IMG/VR virus record: IMGVR_UViG_3300022752_000022
Coordinates: 64,001 to 128,000 of that record
Source: a virus
Reading direction: 5' to 3' (one strand)
Length of the DNA stretch: 64,000 nucleotides
The notes under the pieces are model-generated. The model saw nothing but the letters and a program-made list of their open reading frames with translations. It was not told where the DNA came from and searched no databases. Position numbers and translations under genes: made by a program. Positions 56,401 to 64,000 of the stretch are shown here, piece by piece (the stretch's first letter is position 1; every line of letters starts with the position of its first letter).

Positions 56401-59400
56401 ATACATCTCATCTGGTGTTTTATTGCCAGAATCAATAGCACCGCCCGCAGTGGGATCACTATTACCGTTTACATAAATTGCCCAAGTAACTCTTGGATCT
56501 GCTTTACTACCACCTATGAAGCTTCCTAAGAAACTTCCTACAATTGGTCCAAGTGGTCCTAGCCACGGAGTTAAGAATGTTCCTAGATATCCACCGAGTG
56601 CTGAACCCGCAGCACCTAAAATGTCGCCTTGGAAAAGTTTAATGATTGCGCCAGCATAAGGAAGAATCCCACCTGCGCTAGCTGCTAAATCTCCAAAAAC
56701 GCTTGATCCTGCTGATGCTATAGCATCACCGCCAATATCATATGCAACGCCAGCAACGGTACTAGCATCTATAGCTGCTGCACTTAAAATCGCAGATTCT
56801 GCCGCTGTGCCAATATACGAATCTAGTGCTTCTACTGCATTGAAAGTTGCATCATCGGCTATATCATATACTGCACTAGAGGCCGCCGCGCCCGTATTTC
56901 CAAATATTGACGTTGTTCCAGGTTCTATATAACCCGTTAAATCAGTCGTCGCTGTTGTGGTTCCAAAATCATTGTACGGAGTTAAAATGCCAGTTGAAGT
57001 CGGCATCGTTATATTCGTCCCTGGACCAGCTAATCCGACTTCGCCTGGACCATAGCCGGATGGACCACCAGTCTTAAATGGATTAAGATTACTAAAATCT
57101 CCAGTTTTGAGTGCTGTAGTAAGCCCTGTATCTTTTCCTAAAAATTTACTTGCAACATCACCGTAACCTAATGCGCCCGCACCAAATTGTAAACCACTCT
57201 TTATGAGGTAATTTGCGCCCTGTTGTGCTGCAAGTTTAACATAAGGATTCTTTATATTTTTTGTAAGTGCATATGCTGCATAATTTGTAGCTAAATTTCC
57301 ACCAACTTTCATTCCTGTGTTCAGAATAGCGTCACCCCACGACATTTCTCCTGACCATGCTTTTCCTAAATCTTCAAAGAAACCGCCACCACCAAACATA
57401 CCTCCACCAGTTCCACCACCCATACCGCTGAATAAACTTGCAAGTAAATTAAATCCCCATTGCAGTATTCCACCTAAGCCACCGCCGCCCATCAAACTAC
57501 CCATCACATTCGCTAATCCACCACCAACTGAGTTGAAAACATTACTTAAACCGGTTCCTAGTTGGTTAAAAAATCCTTCTTGTTGATTTGTTGCTGTTTC
57601 AGAAAAGTTTTCATGAGCTTTTAAAACGTTTGCATCACGGCGCGTCATCGGAAGACCGTCGTAAGTCGTAACTTTGTTTAAATTGTTTGCGCCAACGGGA
57701 GCATATCCATAAATATTTGTATCTTGAGATGATTTAGAGCCAAAAAGAAAATCTAATATACCGCCGCGGCCCTGTGCTTGCGAAGCGGAGCCTGGAATCA
57801 TGCCCATTGCACCGCCTAAAATTCCACTAAAATATTTTCCTGGATCAATTCGCCCAGTTATGAAATTTGTCAACTCTGCAATTTGATTAGTTGGTGAAGC
57901 ACCAGGACCCAATGTACCAAATAAACTTGGAAATTCTTTTTGTAGGAATGCTAATCCTGAGGTTGCGCCTGTAGGAATTCCAAGCATTGAATAGATTGCT
58001 TGTTCACGACCAAGTTTTCTTTGCGCTTTTGCTTCTTTACCCCTACCTTTTGTAAGGATGTTTCCTAAAACTTGCTGAAAGCTATAAGGCTTACTATCAT
58101 CAAAACCTAACATTGAACCAAGTGCATTTGCACCTTTATCCAAAATTAAACTGCCAGCTTGAGAAAATATGTTTGCGTATTGACCACCAAACTGCTTACC
58201 GAAAATTTTATTCGCCGTTGGTGTTATTTTTTTCTGAAGATCAATGTATTGAGAGATTCTATTTCCTAAGAATCCTGGGCGCCTATCTCTTTCTGTTTCC
58301 CTTGCTATACCACTTGGTATACCTCTTGGAAATATCGCTTTAGTGATGGTTGTTTTAATTAAGTCGTTAGTTGTTTTTTCAAACTGCTCTGTTAAACTTT
58401 TTTGTCTTTTCTGATAGTATTCTGAAAATTGATCTTGTTTTGGTGGAATTTCTTTTCCAAGCACTGCCAATTTAAAACTACGGGAGTTAGTTTCTAAATT
58501 TTTGTTTTGATTTTCAATACCTTTAGCAGTTATTTTAGTATTTACTGCAATTTCTTTTGAAAATTTTACAATATCTAACAGCGGATCTTCTAAAAGAAGT
58601 GTTCCTCTTCCGATCGGAGCCACTGGATATCTTGCTGAAAGTCTAGATGTCTCATCTCCAGTATCTATTGATGCGCCTGGATATCTTGCTGAAAGTCTAG
58701 ATGTCTCATCTCCAGTATCTATTGATGCGCCTGGATATCTTGCTGAAAGTCTAGATGTCTCATCTCCAGTATCTAAAACTCTTGATGTTGGCCCATCTGA
58801 TCCACCACCGCCAGGTGGTGGAGGTGGTCCTGAACCATATCGCTGTGCTGAGCCTCTATTATCACCGTAAAAATATTGAACCGCTTTTTTACCGCCTTCC
58901 ATTTCTGTGATTGCTCTTGCAATCGCAGGTATATCTTTTGGCGTTAATTTTTTATCAGGAGGAATACCAGTTTTTTCTGAAACAAAATTAATATAACTTT
59001 TAACGTCATTTTTATCACTTTTAGGTGCATATACAGGTATTATTTTTTCAATGGTATCAAGTTTTTTATATCCAGCTGCCTGTGATTTTCCTGTTAAATA
59101 AAGATACAACTGCCTCTCTAATGCGCTTACACCCTCTTGTGGTGTTTTATATGTTTGAAATCCTGTGTTTGCGCCGGGAGATCTCATAGCACCAGGATTA
59201 TTTTGACGTACATTCAGAGGAACTTTTTCTCCTGACTTAAACATCGATTTTGTGTCATGTTCACCAGAACCTGAACCATATCGCTGTGCTGAGCCTTTAT
59301 CTGAAGAAGGCGGCTCATCCCAACCACCCCACTTGGGACTTTTCCACCAATCTTTAATATCTTTTATAAATTCAGGAACTTCTAATATCGCACCTATTGC

Positions 59401-60213
59401 TAGTCCTGCCCAACCCAAAACTCTTGCTATACTTCCTAAACCTTTTAAAATTCCACCGCCTCCACTAGGTAAATCGGGTGGCGATGGAATTTTCTGATTT
59501 GGAAATTGTATTACTTTACCAGGCGGCTTTGGTGGTTGTTGTGGTTTTGGTTGAGTTGATGGCGCAGGCTGAGGTATTGGTGATGTTGTTGGAGCAGGCG
59601 CTCTAGGCTGCGATGGAGGTGTTGGAGGTGTTCTTCCTGATGGACCACCTGGTAAAGGAATTCTGTTTAATACGGATCTACCGAGACCGTAAGCTGCGGC
59701 AGCTTCCGCTACTCTTTTAAGAACATCAGGTGTTATAACATTTGATAATAATTTTCCAAAAAATCCGGAGTCTTTATCACCATCAACACCAAATTGCCCA
59801 CCCATTGATCTGCCCTGCAACTTTTTAATTGCATCAATCAGTTCTTTATCACGAAGTGCTTTTTCTCTTTCGTTCTCTTCAGTAAATGCTGCTGCTGCAT
59901 TTGCTCTTTGTTCCGCTTTTGCAGCAAATCTTATTTGATTTGATAAATTTGCATTCACAGCACGAAGCTGTTTTACCATTTCAAGACTTATAACATTATT
60001 AGTTCTCTGTTCTCTGACGGATTCAACTTCCGCTATTGCTTCTTTATCTTTTGATCCAGCATATTTTTTAAGGGTTGAAGCAAATCCAACAGCACCAGTT
60101 AATGCTGGCATTTCTGAAAGGACTGCCTGTTTAGCACCTCTAGCAAATCCTGAAACAGTTTCTGAACTTTTTTCGGCAGCGAGTTTACCTAATGCTGCTG
60201 CGTAATTAGCCAT
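53494..60213 (-). CDS. 2239-aa tail tape-measure/baseplate-hub-like protein with lysozyme-like domain
   Basis: Gly/Ala-rich hydrophobic tracts; RQNNPG...YAP..D.N...YI..V lysozyme-like domain; two LHGTEAVVPLPDG motifs; downstream of gp26/gp51. Confidence 0.65.
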   Translation of the reverse strand: MANYAAALGKLAAEKSSETVSGFARGAKQAVLSEMPALTGAVGFASTLKKYAGSKDKEAIAEVESVREQRTNNVISLEMVKQLRAVNANLSNQIRFAAKAEQRANAAAAFTEENEREKALRDKELIDAIKKLQGRSMGGQFGVDGDKDSGFFGKLLSNVITPDVLKRVAEAAAAYGLGRSVLNRIPLPGGPSGRTPPTPPSQPRAPAPTTSPIPQPAPSTQPKPQQPPKPPGKVIQFPNQKIPSPPDLPSGGGGILKGLGSIARVLGWAGLAIGAILEVPEFIKDIKDWWKSPKWGGWDEPPSSDKGSAQRYGSGSGEHDTKSMFKSGEKVPLNVRQNNPGAMRSPGANTGFQTYKTPQEGVSALERQLYLYLTGKSQAAGYKKLDTIEKIIPVYAPKSDKNDVKSYINFVSEKTGIPPDKKLTPKDIPAIARAITEMEGGKKAVQYFYGDNRGSAQRYGSGPPPPPGGGGSDGPTSRVLDTGDETSRLSARYPGASIDTGDETSRLSARYPGASIDTGDETSRLSARYPVAPIGRGTLLLEDPLLDIVKFSKEIAVNTKITAKGIENQNKNLETNSRSFKLAVLGKEIPPKQDQFSEYYQKRQKSLTEQFEKTTNDLIKTTITKAIFPRGIPSGIARETERDRRPGFLGNRISQYIDLQKKITPTANKIFGKQFGGQYANIFSQAGSLILDKGANALGSMLGFDDSKPYSFQQVLGNILTKGRGKEAKAQRKLGREQAIYSMLGIPTGATSGLAFLQKEFPSLFGTLGPGASPTNQIAELTNFITGRIDPGKYFSGILGGAMGMIPGSASQAQGRGGILDFLFGSKSSQDTNIYGYAPVGANNLNKVTTYDGLPMTRRDANVLKAHENFSETATNQQEGFFNQLGTGLSNVFNSVGGGLANVMGSLMGGGGLGGILQWGFNLLASLFSGMGGGTGGGMFGGGGFFEDLGKAWSGEMSWGDAILNTGMKVGGNLATNYAAYALTKNIKNPYVKLAAQQGANYLIKSGLQFGAGALGYGDVASKFLGKDTGLTTALKTGDFSNLNPFKTGGPSGYGPGEVGLAGPGTNITMPTSTGILTPYNDFGTTTATTDLTGYIEPGTTSIFGNTGAAASSAVYDIADDATFNAVEALDSYIGTAAESAILSAAAIDASTVAGVAYDIGGDAIASAGSSVFGDLAASAGGILPYAGAIIKLFQGDILGAAGSALGGYLGTFLTPWLGPLGPIVGSFLGSFIGGSKADPRVTWAIYVNGNSDPTAGGAIDSGNKTPDEMYTGAQKIGIMLFAMVKRVQLTLGGGPLAYDYFVLELHGKAKTAYLFVGNGTVRKHGDKEIWKAPIEDISKKEVFNSMADALLTAMTEQTAADKAKTAKASVSKLTKPELETGNVIGTGEEVKTVTGQTFANKFQAKFREAGYDGGGYDPEGGSMPGMYVPRQVYNAALDSMVDEESPLIFGYNKEGQAVDLQGNVVDFSKYATAAGFTGSTAVKEAYKEDYIGSGEDAGGTNYYARKVFNVKTGKYQEEENLKIVGYDREGNAVIKAKSGGVFSGSEKGYPAVLHGTEAVVPLPDGKTIPVKFSGKSIIDDTTKDDSENIEKSAKLLKSIEKNSKFLSSLSDILKIMKGEPGSVSSGPARASSTTSSDADPEDPIVKIVDSLANIEKYTKGFLNKQLQVQVTSSSPVTPTGNNAKTSQQQNLYGTYNWSEEEDRNARDYARANQPSGAYSALMNYQINRNSTGNTTGKDTAQIANEWWTNYGSSLKIGDFMYNPEYQSTQGTVLTRLSNDIFQISIDKEGKVSSISGPKVPQGKTGGILSGPDSGYPAILHGTEAVVPLPDGKTIPVSFGKSITENIQKIADNTQPLSKIQENTEEFVELQDPSTRKRALSATYKPLPGTPPEIKMYFFGATDGVGVTDGGLSKSAAPTTSVVPTTSVAPTTSVAQNSSTLKRGTIENKRLKKTFELPINWNTMDLSQRALWYSSNGFTGDDLRQSLGFSQYDVDQLDSALMEVSGPVKFFNPLTKNNWSEQEVLDINKSWGFYIMPGDGRIISVPNGVTRDSTGNYVPGGLDWKKMTLREKAQWFNDNSITPSMLLDKFPLSDIILLSKNGYKITQQDAENVLRASGDPVKYKQLMEGAGLPTPKILPTLNLQRGSGFTIDDVKRYQNEYGVDVAKNAPTFSVSAEEISAAKGYALETVSSVLAQGAAINNNSAVVNSGNVNNNTTIINNNSVDESQRYGRTAYEMIP
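58624..58774. repeat. About three 54-nt tandem repeats (DTGDETSRLSARYPGASI)
   Basis: Units start at 58624, 58678 and 58732. Confidence 0.9.
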
Positions 60214-60218
60214 GAGTA

Positions 60219-60764
60219 TTATCCGCGGTCAAGTACGTTATCTGGATCCGCTTGTCTCATTCTTTCTAAATTTGGTACACCAGTTGCTGACACGGAAGAT
60301 TGTCTCGGTGATGACGGTGCATATGAAGACTGCGAAGACACAATTGGTGTAACGGTATCGTATGTTCTAGTCATTGATACGTTAGACGATGTTGAATTTG
60401 ACATCATTCCACTTATAGCACTACCGCCAATTCCACCGCCAACATTAACCCCCACGCTACTTGAAGATGAATTTACACCAGCCATTTTTTCTTGGCCTCG
60501 TGACCACGCTGTAATACCAAGAACAGCGCCCATCGCTAAATGATATAATCCGCCGTTACTGAGTGTGAGTGGAACCCATTGTCTGAAAGCATCATTTGCG
60601 GCTTGTGTTTCCCAAAACTGAACAATTGTAAACATGATAGGAAACACAACAAAGTCAAAAACACAAACAAACATATATTGCCAACCCATCATAGGACGCC
60701 ATTTCTTTTGCATCCAATCTTCAGCTGGTTTTTCTCCTTCTGCAAGTTTTTTTTCTTCAGCCAT
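60219..60764 (-). CDS. 3TM-holin-like membrane protein
   Basis: W...WRP.MGW.Y...C.FDF...W.PLTL...GL.H.AMGAVLG..AW.R..EK. Confidence 0.65.
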   Translation of the reverse strand: MAEEKKLAEGEKPAEDWMQKKWRPMMGWQYMFVCVFDFVVFPIMFTIVQFWETQAANDAFRQWVPLTLSNGGLYHLAMGAVLGITAWSRGQEKMAGVNSSSSSVGVNVGGGIGGSAISGMMSNSTSSNVSMTRTYDTVTPIVSSQSSYAPSSPRQSSVSATGVPNLERMRQADPDNVLDRG

Positions 60765-60967
60765 TAACTTCCCCCTCTCATTTTCATTTTTTGATTTTGA
60801 TCTTGTATTTTTTTATTTTCTTCTTCTATGAATTGAGAAAGTAACATAATATAAATATCACGTTCAAACGGAATCATTTCTTCCAATTCTCGTATACTAT
60901 ATTTATGATGTTGCATGAGAGAGAAATTTATCTTGTAGTGATTCAGAAGTGTCTCATGCCCCATCAA
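60764..60967 (-). CDS. gp51: Baseplate hub assembly protein (gp51-like)
   Basis: L.N.Y..NF.LMQHHKYS..E.E.MIPFERDIY..LL. Confidence 0.8.
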   Translation of the reverse strand: MMGHETLLNHYKINFSLMQHHKYSIRELEEMIPFERDIYIMLLSQFIEEENKKIQDQNQKMKMRGGS

Positions 60968-61710
60968 AAGGCGAAAAAATTTGACATACCTTCAACTTCA
61001 ACGGTGTCTTTTTCACCACATTTTTTACATGTCCAACTTACACTATGTTTTAATTTTGGCATTGTTTCAAAAAATTCAGCTAATTTTTCAAATTGTTTTT
61101 GTGAAAGATTATCAATAAAGTCCATAATTTCTTCTTCGGTTTGATCTTCTTTTTTATAGATTTCTTCTTTATCAAAAATATAGTCAATCGAATTCATAAT
61201 TGAAATTGTTGCTAAATCCAAATCAGTTTTAGCATCTGTCTTATTCAATGGATTCATGGTAAGATATTTCATTTTTACACCGATGCCAGTTTCTTCATCA
61301 AGAATAATTTTATCTGTATGATTATCTTTTTTCGAAACCTCAATTTCCATCAGATTTACACTTATTTTCGTTTCACCATTACATTCTTTTCCACTTTTGT
61401 TTTTGAGGTTTTTATGTCTCATGATTAAATCAACAGTTTCTCCGATTGATTTAGCCCTTAATCTTGTAAAAAAGTATTCAACATCAAATGTAGGAAGTTT
61501 ATCAACGTCTATATCATCAACTGAACAATTATTAATGATTTGTTTTATTGCATTATTAATGTCATTTTCTTCACCACTTTCTAAAGCGATCATCAGAATT
61601 TTTTGTTCTTTGACAAGAAATGGTCGATATTTAATTGATTTACTTGTTGATGGTAAAATCAATTCAAAAATTGGTGCACTAATTTTAGGTAAAGGCATAA
61701 TATTCTCCAA
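60964..61710 (-). CDS. gp26: Baseplate hub subunit (gp26-like)
   Basis: LPK...P..EL.LPS....YRPFLVKEQKIL, FD.EY.F..LRAKS.GE, FF.TMPKL. Confidence 0.88.
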   Translation of the reverse strand: MENIMPLPKISAPIFELILPSTSKSIKYRPFLVKEQKILMIALESGEENDINNAIKQIINNCSVDDIDVDKLPTFDVEYFFTRLRAKSIGETVDLIMRHKNLKNKSGKECNGETKISVNLMEIEVSKKDNHTDKIILDEETGIGVKMKYLTMNPLNKTDAKTDLDLATISIMNSIDYIFDKEEIYKKEDQTEEEIMDFIDNLSQKQFEKLAEFFETMPKLKHSVSWTCKKCGEKDTVEVEGMSNFFAF

Positions 61711-61727
61711 AAATAATTAAAAATTTA

Positions 61728-62288
61728 CTACTTTTTTGCTATATTTGATCCTGATAAATCAACATCATAATATCTGTAATTAAGTGTTACACTAAATCGC
61801 TGATAAGTATTTATCTCTTCCCAAGAAAGATTCATCGAACTAATAGATACAGGATATATATCATTGAGTTTATAAGTTATGAGAGACTCTCCTGAATCAT
61901 TAATTTGTTCTAATGTAAGTACATTACCTTTAGCATAATCATTATAATATCGTAAAAGACCGGAATTACTGTCATCGGTTTTTGTTTTTACGATGCTTTC
62001 AATCCAATTTTCAAAATATATTCTTTCAGCAAAATCATTTCCGCAAATAATTGTGATTTCAATGTCATTGTAATTTACATCATAGGGTATTTTTAATGGC
62101 GGACCTGATCCTATGTCATCAACGGTCGCAATTGTTCTTCCTGGTAACTCGGCTTTTTCACATCTAAAAGTAAAATTTGACGGTACTGGTGTATTCAAAC
62201 TGCTGGTTGTAAGAGTTGCTTTCCATAAATTTGGCCTTGCTACACCACTCGGAAATGCTGCTCTAAATTCTGATATTTTAAAAGCCAT
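61728..62288 (-). CDS. Tail tube initiator / gp19-gp54 family protein
   Basis: G.ARPN, CE.AELPGR, ER.YFE.W, Y.DY, L...YP. Confidence 0.75.
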   Translation of the reverse strand: MAFKISEFRAAFPSGVARPNLWKATLTTSSLNTPVPSNFTFRCEKAELPGRTIATVDDIGSGPPLKIPYDVNYNDIEITIICGNDFAERIYFENWIESIVKTKTDDSNSGLLRYYNDYAKGNVLTLEQINDSGESLITYKLNDIYPVSISSMNLSWEEINTYQRFSVTLNYRYYDVDLSGSNIAKK

Positions 62289-62291
62289 TGA

Positions 62292-62882
62292 TTATCCTAT
62301 CATATTTCTTGAGTCGTTCCATACACGATCTTTGGTTGCTTTTTTGAAATTTTCTGTTGGTAAAAACAACGCTATGTCCCATTCTTTAGATGATATCTGT
62401 AAAAAGTTTGATTTTATATGACTTCTCAAGTATCTTTTTAAAGTTGGTTTAAACATTTTGAATTTTGTTATACTTTTAAGTACATCGTAAGAAATTCTAA
62501 CTTTTGTCGTATCATCATATTTTCTATTTGAAATCGTTGTGTATAAAGCATCCATTAATTTTGCTCTAAGTACAAGTGGCAAATAGTGAAAATTAATTCC
62601 TAAAAATCCATCGTTCAACATTTCTACTGGAAAAATTAATGGAAACTGATCATAATACGGAAGTTCATTTTTAAATTTTGGGTCATAAACAAACCCATAC
62701 ATGTATCCAAAAACAATATTATTTACCAGGCGTGTTTCATCTTTAAGCAAATTTTCTGAAGAAACTCTTCTTTTATATAAACTTTCTGCTGCTGAACGAT
62801 ACCACTCCCTAGCAAATTTAGTTCTTGCAGGAGTAATGCCTTGTTTTATACCTTGTTTTAGAACGTTATCGAATATGGCCAT
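62292..62882 (-). CDS. gp2: DNA end protector (gp2-like)
   Basis: YDPK.K..LPYYD.FPL.F...GF.G.N.HYLP...R, EW..A.FLP. Confidence 0.9.
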   Translation of the reverse strand: MAIFDNVLKQGIKQGITPARTKFAREWYRSAAESLYKRRVSSENLLKDETRLVNNIVFGYMYGFVYDPKFKNELPYYDQFPLIFPVEMLNDGFLGINFHYLPLVLRAKLMDALYTTISNRKYDDTTKVRISYDVLKSITKFKMFKPTLKRYLRSHIKSNFLQISSKEWDIALFLPTENFKKATKDRVWNDSRNMIG

Positions 62883-62889
62883 TATCTAT

Positions 62890-63336
62890 TTATCTCAATT
62901 CTTTCTCTGTTATGATTTTAAATTCCCAATTTCGATCTAAACAATATTCTTGTGCTGCTTTCCACTTCGCTTGATTGACTTCCCACGTGATTGCTTCACG
63001 TAAAAATATTCTTGTTGGCTTACCTTCAGAAGATACTTTAGCTTTTGGCGGTGAAGTCTGAATTTTTGGTTTGATTTCAATCAGATTTTCACGAATTTTC
63101 CCATTTTTATCACAAAATTTGATATAAAAATCAGGAAAATATCTGTGCCATCTTTTGTCCACCGGAGAAATATAAGGCACAATGATTTCTTCCGAACTCC
63201 ATTGAAGTACAGAACTTGTATCATCACAGTATTTCATAAATTTTCTTTCCAATAAACTTCTAAAAATGATCTTCGTTGGATCACCTTTATATTTTTGATA
63301 ATTTTTTGGTTTAAAATAACCCTTAAATGATGGCAT
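62890..63336 (-). CDS. gp4: Head completion nuclease (gp4-like, TnsA fold)
   Basis: G.FKPKN..KY.GD...I..RS..ER, WSSEE..VPY.SP.D...HRYFPDF, EIKP, N.AKW.AA. Confidence 0.9.
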   Translation of the reverse strand: MPSFKGYFKPKNYQKYKGDPTKIIFRSLLERKFMKYCDDTSSVLQWSSEEIIVPYISPVDKRWHRYFPDFYIKFCDKNGKIRENLIEIKPKIQTSPPKAKVSSEGKPTRIFLREAITWEVNQAKWKAAQEYCLDRNWEFKIITEKELR

Positions 63337-63343
63337 ATAAATA
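63336..63343 (+). promoter_or_regulatory. T4-type late promoter for gp48
   Basis: TATAAATA in the divergent gap. Confidence 0.7.
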
Positions 63344-63371
63344 CTTTAAAATATAAAAATAAGGAATTACA

Positions 63372-64000
63372 ATGGCAGTTTTCAGACCAAATATAGGAAA
63401 TAGTGATACAATTTCTTCTCTGATTGGAGAAAATAATAGATTAGAATTTGGAACAAAAGAAGCACACGCCGATTTTACTATGCCTGTTGCTGCATTCACA
63501 TTTTATAACGCATTCGGTGAAGAATCTTCTGGATCAAAAGTATATATTCGCATGACAAGTTCTTTTGAAACATCGGCTAGAAATCAATATGCTGAAGCTG
63601 ATGGCATATTTGGTCAACCATCGTCGTCTGGTACATCAACAATAACAGATGCTCTCGGCGTTCTTGCAGGAAGTGGTCTTGAAGCACTGCAAAGACAGGT
63701 TATCGGAGCACTCGCCGGAGGTGCTGGTTTTTTCGCATCTGGAGGACTTTCAGGCAAAAGTCAAATTGAATTTTTAACAAGAGAGGCAATAAATAATTTT
63801 ACACAATTAGTTTACAGAGGACCGCAATTCAGGCCACATCAACTGTCATTTTTAATGAGGCCGACATCTAAAGATGAAGCAGAACAGATGATAAAAATTA
63901 TTGGTACATTTAAAGCTGCTTCTGGTGTTAGAAAGGGTCAACAAAATGATTATGCAGATATTTTAAGTTCTGCGTTAAGTGGTAGAGATGAAATAGATGC
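63372..64000 (+). CDS. gp48: Baseplate tail-tube cap (gp48-like), 3'-partial; not in ORF track
   Basis: AAGGA RBS; ..INNFTQLVYRGPQFRPHQLSFLMRPTSKDEAEQMIKIIGTFK.. matches the gp48 core motif; divergent from gp4. Confidence 0.7.
   Translation, partial: MAVFRPNIGNSDTISSLIGENNRLEFGTKEAHADFTMPVAAFTFYNAFGEESSGSKVYIRMTSSFETSARNQYAEADGIFGQPSSSGTSTITDALGVLAGSGLEALQRQVIGALAGGAGFFASGGLSGKSQIEFLTREAINNFTQLVYRGPQFRPHQLSFLMRPTSKDEAEQMIKIIGTFKAASGVRKGQQNDYADILSSALSGRDEID

Overview
This window is a 64-kb, AT-rich, densely coding segment of a large T4-like myophage. The host is probably a Gram-negative bacterium: the phage has two-component spanins, and its tmRNA tag ANDERFALAA is the type used by Betaproteobacteria/Comamonadaceae. 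Almost all genes from 1 to 53.4 kb are on the + strand. Layout: (1) 1-10 kb, late/virion and lysis genes, including two long Glu-rich probable internal-head polyproteins, spanins and a repeat lipoprotein. (2) 10-18 kb, primase, thyX, nrdA/nrdB, RuvC-like, ClpP-like. (3) 18-27 kb, a tRNA, GH19 endolysin, a class III nucleotide cyclase, RNase H. (4) 28.3-30.5 kb, a tRNA cluster interleaved with unexplained structured-RNA cassettes. (5) 31-42 kb, a hyperplastic early region with a Pho-box-preceded plcP/agt-like lipid-remodelling pair, sigma70 promoters each carrying a TGTTG-N8-CAACA dyad, and a five-member modular 'MNERI' mini-gene array. (6) 42-53 kb, repair/nuclease genes, a circularly permuted tmRNA, a gmd-led sugar-modification cluster, gp33/gp59/gp32. 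(7) 53.5-63.3 kb on the - strand, a 2239-aa tail/baseplate-hub protein, holin-like, gp51, gp26, gp54-like, gp2 and gp4, followed by the start of gp48 on +. The strongest candidates for undescribed biology are the modular mini-gene array with paired conserved DNA blocks, the stem-bounded small-RNA cassettes beside tRNA/tmRNA CCA ends, the Pho-regulated lipid-remodelling module, the promoter-dyad regulon and the cyclase with non-canonical specificity residues. All family assignments come from motif recognition by eye; no searches were run.
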